DNA from: Balanoglossus misakiensis
Taxonomy: Eukaryota; Animalia; Hemichordata
Direction: 5' to 3'
Length of the DNA stretch: 64,000 nt
NCBI GenBank assembly: GCA_040954595.2
Contig: CM082591.2
Coordinates: 6,801,082-6,865,081, forward strand
Shown here: in pieces, positions 50,960 through 62,160 of the stretch
Position numbering within the stretch: position 1 is the first letter of the stretch
Layout: each line of letters starts with the position of its first letter
The notes under the pieces: model-generated
What the model saw: the letters and a program-made list of their open reading frames with translations, nothing else
The model's database searches: none
What the model was told of the DNA's origin: nothing
Made by a program: the position numbers and the translations under genes

Positions 50960-52845
50960 ATTTTTGAATTTTCATAATTGCTTGGTGTCTGGAAGTATAC
51001 TCTCTTGGTGGTTTTTGGCATCTGTGATTGCCATGTCCCCTGGCCTTTACCCTTTACCCTTTTCCCTGCCAGGTCCTGTCCCTGGCCTGTACCAGTTGTT
51101 TGTTCTCTTCCGTGCCATACCAATTTTCATAATTGCTTGGTGTCTGGAAGTACTCTCTTGGTGTTTTTTGGCATATGTGATTGCCATGGTTATATTTTTG
51201 AATTCATATTTGAATTTTTCGCGATTCTTGGCATGCATGTCTGGGTTGTATTTGGTTATCTGCTGAAGCTGGTTCCACCACACTTGCAGAAGAAGTCGGA
51301 AGATTGCAGTCCCTCTTCAAGCAAATGATGTCTTTACGCGTGTGTCTGCTGCTTTCTAGAATGTCCTTTCTGATTTACATGGTTCTTCGCGTGTCTGGGT
51401 TGTATTTGGTTATGTGATGGAGCTGGTTCACCACACTTGCAGAAGAAGTCCGAAGATTGCAGTCCCTCTTCAAGCAAATGATGTCTTTGCGCGCGCGTCT
51501 GTTGATCTCTACAGTGTACTTTCCCGTATTATAAATAAAGAATGTGTATATGTGTGTATGATCATTTTAACATTCATCTATGTGTTCTTTTTCCTTTTTT
51601 AGGGTACGTCTTTAATGAATTTTTTCCAATGGCTATAACAGATGAGAAGGGTTAAATTGCAATATGTTTTGATACTATATGTGCGACATGACTAACTTGA
51701 TTTGATGATGAAAATAATTGCAATGGATCCTTCAAGTCCAGTATAGTTTCCTGGGATCAGTTCATTGGTCACTTTTTCCAGTGGCTATATCAGATGGAAT
51801 TTCAATTTGCTTTTGCTTGACCTGGTCAAGTATTTGTTATTTGTCGAACAGTTTTGATGTGTGTGTTTGGAAGATATCAACATCCATTGCAATGTTGATG
51901 TCTTATTCCCCAATTTGGGGGATATTTAATGAAGTTTTCCCAGTGGCTATATCTGATGAAGTTTCCTTCAAGTACATCTCTTCAAGACCAGTATAGTTTC
52001 CTGGGATCAGTTCATTAGTGGCTTTATATCAAACTGTTGATTCAACAGTTTGATATACCGGTATATATTTTATTTTTCACGTTTTAATATAAAAATTTAT
52101 ATTTTACTTTTGCTTGGCATTTTTAGAGGGTGGGTTTTTTGTATAGATTATTTTACACATTGTTGCATGTATATATGCATCATGTGAATCATTATAGGGT
52201 TTCAAATTTTGGATGAACATTTTCTTTAAAATACATAAATAATGTGTTTGCAGAAGCCATGTAGGCATAATGTTTTTTTTATTTAGGGAGGGGGTGGAGT
52301 GTATTTGCTCATAAATTGAATATTATCGAGCCCATGCAACACGGCTTACAGGAAACACATTATTTGTATTTTTTAATAATAAAAACTTTACATTTTAGTA
52401 TTTATTTATTTTTCAATGTTTTTCTATTTTTGATACTCTTGCAGATTTCAGTTATTTTGCATTTGAACTTTCATCTTTATGTCCTTTTCCCTTAATGTTA
52501 CGAGGGCTTTAATAAAACTTTTTCTAATGGCTACATTAGATAAGGTTTCACTTTGTTTTTGCTTGACATTGTTAAGAGTTTATTATTTGTGGAACAGTTT
52601 TGATGTCAGTGTGTGTTTGGGGATTTCATCATTTATCTCAGTGTTAACGTCTTTTCTCCCAATTTCGGGATCTTTAAGAAGTTTTCCCAGTGGCTATAAC
52701 AGATGAGAAGGTTTCAATTTGCAATATATTTGAGAATAACATATGCATTGCATATTACTAACCTGATTTCATGATGAAAACAATTGCAATAGATCCTTCA
52801 AGTCCAGTATAGTTTCCTGGGATCAGTTCATTAGTCACTTTTCAC
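50960..52845. repeat. Cluster of local direct duplications (~50970/51124; ~51238/51392; ~51620-51780/~52680-52845; ~51930-52020)
   Basis: For example, CACTTGCAGAAGAAGTC.GAAGATTGCAGTCCCTCTTCAAGCAAATGATGTCTTT occurs twice and CCAGTATAGTTTCCTGGGATCAGTTCATT occurs three times. Confidence 0.8.
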
Positions 52846-54689
52846 TGCAAGTATATGCAGTGTTTAAAGTTCAGTGATGAAGTATTAATTTTACCCGAAA
52901 TTATCAATATAAAATTTAGCTTGATATTTTAAACCGTTCAATATTTTCTTACTCTATCTACTATATTTTTAGGCCAGATTAGCATATTTATTTGAAGTTA
53001 GCTTTTCAAGAGGCATTACTTGAAAATACAATTCTTTGTTAACTTTATAAATCACCTACGCTTTCCCAGTTTTTCCCTTATGAATAAAAGGGTTTTCCTG
53101 GGTTTTGGTGCGGGGTGAATGTTCAGTTCATGCAGTTCTGACTTTATAAATAAAAGGACATTAATAATTAGAATTGTTGCAGTCTGTTTTATTGCAATAT
53201 GTTGCTGTGTCTTTTTCTGTCTATTTTTCTAAGGGAAATTGTGGGTCCTTCTATGGGGTAGGTAATGGCATTGTCAGCTTGGTCCCCTATAAGACCAGCT
53301 GCTCTCGTCACCAGTGTTACAATCAATGGCTTGGATGTGATTAGTAATGGCCTTGGTTGGTATACAATGTCTTCAAAACCAAGAAATCGTAACCATTGTC
53401 GCTGTTGAGAAAATGCAAGGTGAAAATCGCTTGTCTTGCGGATTCTCATGGCGAATGTTAATTCTCTATCGCCTTAGGTCTGATAGATAACTCTGATTAA
53501 TCTCTGCCATATTTGCAATGCAAATTGAAGCTGCAAACAGCCCAATCTGATTAGAATAAGATGTAGGGAACGGCAACGTGTTTTTTTATGTGTGAGGCGA
53601 CAACCTAAAAAAACTTGTCGCCGTTCCCTACATCTGATTTTAATCAGATTGCAAACAGCCTTGAAAGGGGTGCAAGCAGATGAACCAAATGCAGGAAGGT
53701 CAAGGGTCACACCAATGTCAAAAACATTTTTCAACAAAATTATGATGCAAAGTTGATGTGAAACAGAAAAAGAATTGTAGCCCTATTGTTTCGCCCATAA
53801 TTTGGTATGCACATAAATAATGAGGACTCCATTAGGTAGTTCATCCCTTCAAATGCAAGGCCTTTATCTGCTCAGAGTGTTGAGATATAAGAAAGTTAGC
53901 TAAGGGTTATCTTAAGGTTACCCAAAATTTTGTCCAAAGAAATTGATCCCAGACTGATCCACCTCGAGCAAAAATCCGACTTCACCCCAATTTGTTCACC
54001 TAGAATCTGGTATGTAAAAGACGTCGCCGTTTCCTACATCTGATTTTAATCAGATTGGTAGGATTCTTGCCATTTGGTCTACGGACCGAAGATCTTTAAA
54101 GAATTTTGATTCCTTTTTTATACAAATGAGGTCAATTTGAAAATTCCAATCCACTTTGGCCGCTTGGTCACGTGACTGATTAAAAATTCAAGACTGTTAT
54201 GCGCAAGATATCATAGGCTCGCATCATTGTGCCAAGTTTCGGATTTGTAGATTCAGCCGTTTTCAAGTTCTTGGTTTATTAAACAATACTTGTACATAAG
54301 AGGGCGACGGAAGAAGCAAAGGAGTCTGGGTAACCGAGACTACAACAATACTAATATTGGACAAAGCACTAGAGGGCGCTAAAGCCCCTTAATATTTCCC
54401 ACTCTGTCTGCTGCCGAAGTTCAGGTAAGTTGATTATTATGAGTTTGCAATTGAGTCATTCATTTTTCATGGCTGTGGAAACGCAGCTTTACCGTTTGGG
54501 AAGGAGATGGTGATTACCCCCCACGGAGAGTTGCGGCCCAACTCATTTTCTGAACGTGCAATTTCAGCGATCCGATTTGGATCGCGACATTTCAAAGGAA
54601 CAATACAAGCCTGAACTCTGGTTATTTCGTCGCAACATAGTCTCATTGCTACACCTTTCCTGACGAAATCATCGGCAAACGCACCATGC

Positions 54690-56718
54690 CTATCATGTGT
54701 TCTGCGCATCACAACAGAATTCCGTAAACAAACGAAGCTGTGTTTGGAAGCATCATCCATGGAAATTTTAGAATAGTATCCGTCGATCTACAGAGTCTAG
54801 TAGAAAACTTTCTTATGCGCATAGGTCTATCATATGTTCTGCGCATCACAACAGAATTCGGTAAACAAACGAAGCTGTGTTTGGAAGTGTGACGGGCGCC
54901 ACACCATCGTCAATTCTCTGTTTAGGGAATTAGCGGCTGAGAAGTACCGCTCGCTGGATCAATGTACACAGTGACACATAGAGGTTACATCTCCACATGT
55001 TGAACTGTATTACGACGTGGGGAAAAGCGGGCATCCCTGCTCATGGCCAGTTACAATACACAACTTTAAAATGCAAAATCTCTTACAGGAAGTGAAATAT
55101 GATTCATCATAGAGTAAAACAAAATGCCTGATGATTGGCTTAGAGATAACTTACGCTGATTGGATAAGAAGGTCGAAACATTTATATATATCATGTTGAA
55201 ATGATTTCAACCCACGCTTATTGATATGTAAGAAACACTTATGACACTGATGCTAAAACTAAAAACAATGGCATAGCTCAAGACTTCTGGAGCCAATATT
55301 CAATCATACAGGTTCTTGTGGAATGTATGGAACACTCAACATGGTTTCATCTCTTACCGCTTTCTATTGGTCAATTCACGGTGAATAAATTAATACCCGC
55401 TTCCAGGAGTTCCGATTATCACTCCTGTTGTTTCAATACATTTCTAAAATTCCGACTTTATGTCCTCATGGGAAAAAATCCATGGACATTTTTGAACTAT
55501 CCGTCGATCTGCAGAGTCTAGTGGAAAACTTTCTTATGCGCATATGCCTTTCTGTTCTGCGTATCACATCAGAATTCCATAAAAAAACGAGGCTGTGTTT
55601 GGAAGCAACCATGGAAATTTTAGAACTATCCGTCGATCTGCAGTCTAGTGGAAAACTTTCTTATGCGCACAGGCCTATGTGTTCTGCGCATCACAACAGA
55701 ATATGCAAATAAGGAGACGGTGTATGGAAGCATCCATGGATATTTTAGAACAAAACATCGATCTACAGAGTCTACCGGAAAACTTTCTTTTTCGCCCAGG
55801 CCTTTGTGTTCTACGCATCACAATGGAATATGCAAAAGGGGGGACGGTGTTTGGAAGCATCCAGGGATATTTTAGAACCAAACGTCGATCTACAGAATCT
55901 TCTACCGGAAAACTTTCTTATGCGCACAGGCCTATGTGTTCTGCGCATCACAAAAGAATTTCGTAAATAAACGATACAGTGTTTGGAAGCAACCATGGAA
56001 ATTTTAGAACTATCCTATTCCCTACATCTGATTTTAATCAGATTGTTGCTGAACAGTCTCTGTGCCTTGTTTATTTTTCTGTGTTTAATACCCCCACCTG
56101 TGTGCCCGATCCACGGATTAAGTGGATAAAGTAAACATCGGTCAGTTACTCGCTGACCGATGTTTACTTTATGCCATGTCTCCCTATAGAGGGTAGAACA
56201 CGTTCTCGGGTGATGGCGGTGAAGAAGGGACGGGAACACGTTAGTGTGGAGAGTAGATTTAAAACGCCGATGATTTTATTCAGGAAGGCCAGCCGTGGAC
56301 ACAGGACAAGCCTGCGGTCCCGGCTGGACCAGCGGAAAGACCGCACTCCTGGACTCTTTCGACTCCAAATGTGGAACTGACCACTCACTAAAATACAGAC
56401 CATTTTAAAACACATCAAACTGACCGCGTGGGGTCTGTCAAAAATTGTTCTTCGCCCAAGCTGTGAACAAGACAAAGACGTACTTTAACAGTTATAATGA
56501 TACCCCAGACTGAAGAATTATACAAAGACTCTACTTCACAGTTACAATTCCGACAAAGGGGCAAATGAAACTTGGAATGCGGGATTTAACTACATTTCCA
56601 AGGTGTGAACTCGCCCGCATGGTGTGCGAAGTTTCTCACGCACTATAGGTGTGTGACACTTATGTGTTCTGCGCATCACAACAGAATTCCAGAAAAAAAC
56701 GATGCTATGTTTGGAAAC
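54690..56718. repeat. Interrupted ~127-bp satellite array (TGTGTTCTGCGCATCACAACAGAATTCC...TGTTTGGAAGCATCCATGGA...), about 7 units
   Basis: Unit starts near 54696, 54833, 55552, 55678, 55805, 55935 and 56662. The array is interrupted at ~54888-55470 and ~56016-56657. Confidence 0.88.
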
Positions 56719-57388
56719 AGGTACTCTCAGTGGAGCATAGTGGTCCCCCTCTTTGTTGCACACCTTTTAGATGCATTTGGTCGAGGAGCATTTAATAGAA
56801 AGTTGATCGTAGGGCCTACATCGAACAGAAATCGCACAGTTGTTCTACTATAGGCCTACATTTAATATTTGTTCAGTCAGTCAGTCAGGGTCAATGGTCA
56901 GACAGACAGTCAATTTATTTAGGTCTATTTTGTCTATGAGTGTTTACGCGATGTTCATTCAGGCCTGGCGACACCCCACGATCACACATATTCGATAAAT
57001 ACATAAATCAAAGGTAGGAAAGCCCTCATGGCTCAAATCGAGGAAATAAAGTGGTCTTTGGCATTTCTAGAGTTTATTTACCTAAGCGTAGCGGCAGCAA
57101 GCGGTGGGATTGGAGCAGGGGACCCGACTTTGCCCGATAGAGGGCGGCATGCAGGGCAAGCCACAAGCAAATCTCGCCCCCCCCCCCCTCACGGATCTCG
57201 TCATTCACGAGAGTCACATTTGACCTCATGTACACGCTGACTGCAGAGACTAGAGAGTCGTCTGTTTCATGTCCATGTAACCGCAACAAACCAAGCAAAT
57301 GTTGCATGTTTGTCGGTTTTGGCACTTTTGTGGACGGTAACTGTTATTAATTTGCCGAAGTTGGCTTGTAGGATCCACTGCTATCAAA

Positions 57389-60300
57389 ATGACGTCAAGG
57401 GGGAAGTCCCGGAAAGGTGAGTTTATCATTCATTAACCAAGGCGCGTGACTTGGAGCAAAGGTTAGCTTGAGGCGATCCCAGAAGTGACACAACCTCTGG
57501 ACTTGTTTGCCCTACCACTTTGATTTGGTAGAATAGGCTGTAAGGTTTATAGTCAACCTGCTTATTTAAGACGACTTTCTCTCATACCAACATCGACCAA
57601 GGAGTCCTGATATCAACTTGATGCTTTTCGCTAAACGTAAACATTCGTAAACCACGTGACTAAAGACGAGTCGTAAACAAGAGACGTGCGTGTTCATAGC
57701 AGCAACCGTGATTACGGTATGTTTGGTTTAAGTGTTTCCCCTTACAGGTTGAATTCGATAAGTTTGTATTTTACGTGTGTATCTCATGCGTGTCATATGG
57801 CCATGGCCAGTATTGGCTACTTGTAGTGTTACCATTGGTGACACGCTGTTGCAGTATTCAAGCTCGAAGGTTTCCTGGTACTGTGGTGTAGTGGTATAAA
57901 TTGGGGGTTGGACTGTTTTTCCCACATCCAAACCCCCAATATACCCAGCAAAACTTCGAGCTACAGTACTGCAGCAAGGTGAAATACGGACCGTTTTCAG
58001 TTCATGGTTCCTTTTATGTCAGAAAGAGTGGGGATGTTTGTCGATGTAAAAACAGTGCAGTGGAGATTGTTTCCTAGGGCTGGAGTAGAAATACACATAC
58101 ATTTGTAGTCCTTCCCTAGCTGCAATGATTGTAGCAGGTGCTGTTAGGTTGTAGGGCTGCGAACATATCATCATCAACCTAGCAGCACCCGTTACAATCA
58201 TTGCAGCTAGAAGTCCTTCCCAACCACTGTGTTTATCTGGTGAATTCGGGCAACATTCTACCACAGCAAGAATCCACATGGATTATTACTGTCAAATTGC
58301 ACTGACTAGTAAATTTCAGTGTGCCCTTTATAAACATACTTTTTAAAAGCTTTTGAGTCAGCTTTATCATGATTTGTATAAATTTCCTTGGGTCAGCCCT
58401 TTACCTTTGTGTGTAGTGTGGATAATTTTCTTGAGTCACCAGTGAGTTTGTTGAGTCAGTGGTGTGTCATACAGGCTTTGAGGGCATACTATCTATAATT
58501 TAACCCCTTCTGTGTTTCCAATCATCTTGAACTGTTGAGGGCGCACGAGTAATGGCAGAAACGGGATGTGAGAGCTTCTCAGTTTGAAGTATTTGTGTCA
58601 AAGGTCAAACAGGGCGATTGCATGTAGTCATAGTGGTATCATGTGGCGACATGTACAGATATCGGAGTTCCAGTAAGTTCAGTCAGGGTTAAGAACTGCG
58701 TGGACTAGCACGCTGATTTAAATTAGGCCAGTGGCTAGTGTAACTTGTGAAAAATTCGGTCGTACCCAGTTCCATAACCTGTGTCTCTACAGCTGTCCGG
58801 GTGCTGTGATGGTGCGAATGACTGATTAGCATTGGAACACATGAATGTGAAAACTGTACATTGTATCTACTGTTGTATGCATTAATTGGCTGATGTAAAT
58901 CTGATACATGTAGTCTTGGTAAGGACAGCTTTGTGTACTATTGGCAGTGCTTTATTAGTTTGTACATACATGTATATGACTGGTGTGACTGTGCTGTTGT
59001 CCTTTGTCCAGTGTTATTGTTCTGCCTGAAATATGTCCATACATACATGTACCTTCATTACCTAAGAACAAAGGATCAGTTTGCCCTTTGTAAATTGTGT
59101 GTAAGATCTCTATTGCTGTACTCCGTCCATAATTTACCCAATCTTTTTGTTTTCGTCTTTTCTCAGGAACAAGTATGAAATCCAGTAAGAACAAATTGAG
59201 AGTACTAACTCCTGAAGAAGAGGTAAATATTTGAAAAGTTGTATAGTCTACATGTATATTATCTGTTGGCACAGAAAGCATTCCACCTGTACAGTGCAGT
59301 ACATACATGTACAGTACAGTACAGTACAGTACAGTACAGTACAGTACAGTACAGTACAGTACAGTACAGTACAGTACACATGGTCATAGCATGTATTCAT
59401 TTCAAAATGGATTATAAGATACATGTAAGCATACATTGTATGTAAACTAGTAAAATTATTGTGTTGTCACACTTGTGTGTAAAAAATCGACAACTCACTA
59501 TTGTTGTATAAGAATGTGAATAAATCATATATCAACTATATATTGACTTCCTTTTCTAAAAAAATACCACCTTTGTAGTTAGAATACATGTACAACTCAT
59601 TTGATATTTTTCACTCTTTGTTAAACATGGCAAAAATCCACCATCTTGAAATTGTGGTGACCTTACATTTCACTCATCTAGGTAGCAAAAACCTAGTGAG
59701 AATTACATAATACAGTTTCCTGGAGAACTGGTAAATGTAGCCAGGAAATGACAAAAGATTGGGAAAGAATTTGCCGGTATAATGTCATTTGACCCCCTAG
59801 CATAAAGAAAATAATAAACAAAGCAAAATTCTGCCAACTTTTTTATCCACGTTACTTCAAAACAATGTACGTCTTTTTGTTGTCTTCTGACCCAGTCACC
59901 TGTTGTTTTCATTTGTATGGATGCTGTCATCCATGTATTTGGCTGTTGAATGCATTAGGGTTTGACCGAAGTAGTTCAGTGAAAATGGGGTCATAGTGAA
60001 GGTGTATTATCATCATGGTACATGTATGTAAGCTATGTGGTGTAAACTACAAAAAGTTTAGACTTCAAAATACTCTATGAAATTCTGTACATTGGTTTTA
60101 AAATGCCATGAAATTTTGAAATCATGTACAGGAAACTATTTTCCAGATCCTGGATTTAATTTACATTTATGTGGAATGTTGAATTTTTGGCAGAAACCTA
60201 GAGGCTTTTAGAGACTAACATAGTAACAAATCTTGTTGGCTTCAACTCATTTCAATAAACCAGTATTGAAATCACAACAGATCATGTATCGGCAAGAACT

Positions 60301-62160
60301 GTAAACAGTCTTTATTTATTTAACTGAAAAATTATTAATTTTTGGCAATGATGCGCAAGATATCTGACCGATAACAATGGTGGGAACTAGCGAGACATTC
60401 TCCCATTGAAACAACATGTACCCGGTACATGTATATGCCATCGCATGGGCCCGGGTAATGTATTTATGTGTTTACAAGCGTATTGCCTTCACTGCAGCTG
60501 CACATGATGTATACGTGTCCATATACATTGTAGTCCTGTTGACTGCCTACTTTACTCGTTTGGTGTCAAAGTCCACCATGTACATATACCGGTATATACC
60601 ACTACCAGGGACAGTTGAGAATTGTGTACACACCCGTTTATCATGCCCTGACCCAAATTGTATCATTGTACCATGCTATTTACAGTCAGACTATTGTAAT
60701 CTACCTAACATAGACTTACAGAAAATACCAACATTATGAATTCCATTTCATGTACAAATTTATAAATTTATAATTTTATTTAGGTAAGCTGAACTTTAAT
60801 AAATAAAGGGTGTAAAACAATTATGGTTCAATTTACATGATATGGATTCAAGCATTGGTTCCCTTTCCTGGCTTGCTTACATGTAGATGTCTTAGAATTA
60901 GATTATTTCAAGAGTATCCATGGTATACTGGGTTTAGTGGTATTTGATAGGAATTTATTTGGCTAAACAGAAAGAATAAAACTAAAAACATATACAATAA
61001 CTTACAAGAAAAGAATAACACATATATTGTACAATGGTGTAAGAGTGGGATTAGAGAACGGTCTGCTGTAGACTAGTGTATTAAATCAAGTCTAGCCGTT
61101 CAGATTACTGATTGTATTGTTTGTTCATGACAAGTACGTCAGACATGTGAATAATTATTGATGGAAGTTGAGTGTTTTGATGTGAACAGTTTGTGAATTT
61201 CACATGTGTCTGACAACTGTCTGAAGAAGTCCAGTGTTACATGTACATTTAGATTGCAATACTCTAGACATACATGTACATGTTTACTGGTGTGTACATG
61301 TACAAACGTATGTCAGTTGTTAGGTGATATATTTAATACAAGAAGACTATTGGATCAGTAAATACCAATGTAGCTATGCAGCCAACCTCTCCAGGAAGGT
61401 TTGAAATATTTGCACACCGTAAAAATACTCCAATTGGCAACAAACACGAGCTACAACATGTACATGTAGCCAACCCAGTCAGAATAATCCAAATGACAAA
61501 ACTGATGTTAAACGGCTTGGGAGGGTGGCTGGGGTCAAGACTGGCAGTAAGAGGTTAAGTACAGTGTGAGTAAAACCTATCTAAACGGAACCCTGTCTGA
61601 TCTGGACACCTGTCTATACCAATCACCTTTTCAGGACAATGTCTCCAGTCCCGTTGGTGTCCGGTTTAGACAGGTTTCACAGTACATTTTACATGTACAT
61701 ACGAAATATGGGGTTCGACTGGTCCGATACAAAATGCTCGATACTAATTAAGTAAAGTAGAGCGAAATATAAAGTAAGGGTAGCTGGAGAAACGATAGGC
61801 GGTATAATCTCTACAACGTTGTTTCGTGAGTCACTGGACTCACTAATGATGAGTGATGCAAGAAATATCAGTGCCCACCCTTATATATATGTATCTTTTC
61901 TTGAGAGACAAAACAGAAATTGTCACCACCAAATTAACATTGTTGATCTCATTTCAGGCAGAGCAGGAAGCAGAACACAGAAAATGTGCAGAAATATGGT
62001 GCTCAAATATCATCAATTATCCAGTCATCAGACGAGAACACGAACATGTGATATTGATTTATGTGCTCTCACCCCTTCTGTATGGGGAAAGGTATCACCA
62101 ACTGGAGAAATGGCTGACCTGGGCATCAGATTGTAATCTTTTTACTAAAACAAAGAGTGG
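57389..62160 (+). CDS. 5' part of an unidentified gene continuing off the right edge (MTSRGKSRKGTSMKSSKNKLRVLTPEEEAEQEAEHRKCAEIWCSNIINYPVIRREHEHVILIYVLSPLLYGERYHQLEKWLTWASDCNLFTKTKSG...)
   Basis: Exons 57389-57416 (G|GTGAGT), 59167-59222 (GAG|GTAAAT) and 61958-62160 (GG|GTAGGT) join in frame. The start region is CpG-rich, and the window ends in an acceptor-like TTCCATTCCAG. Family not recognised. Confidence 0.7.
58117..58209. mobile_element. 93-bp hairpin MITE with TAG...CTA termini and a 10-12 bp target duplication; partial copy at ~32802-32860
   Basis: TAGCTGCAATGATTGTA...TACAATCATTGCAGCTA, flanked by gtAGTCCTTCCC and gaAGTCCTTCCC. Confidence 0.8.
59310..59377. repeat. (CAGTA)n pentanucleotide microsatellite
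   Basis: Read directly from the sequence. Confidence 0.95.
61210..61368 (+). mobile_element. Penelope-like retroelement terminal remnant with a disrupted minimal type I hammerhead ribozyme
   Basis: Stem I CTGACAACTG/CAGTTGTTAG, core CTGAAGA, stem II GTCCAGT/ACTGG(AC) and AAACGT are all present but interrupted by ACATGT-rich insertions. Confidence 0.6.

Noticed and set aside
49963-51266. 220-aa and 391-aa repetitive ORFs
   Set aside because: They are products of the minisatellite, open on both strands, with no domain or splice support
55125-55185. CTGATGA...GAAA spacing resembling a hammerhead
   Set aside because: No convincing stems I-III could be formed
54690-56718. Regularly spaced repeats resembling a CRISPR array
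   Set aside because: The whole ~127-bp unit repeats with no unique spacers, there are no cas genes, and the context is eukaryotic
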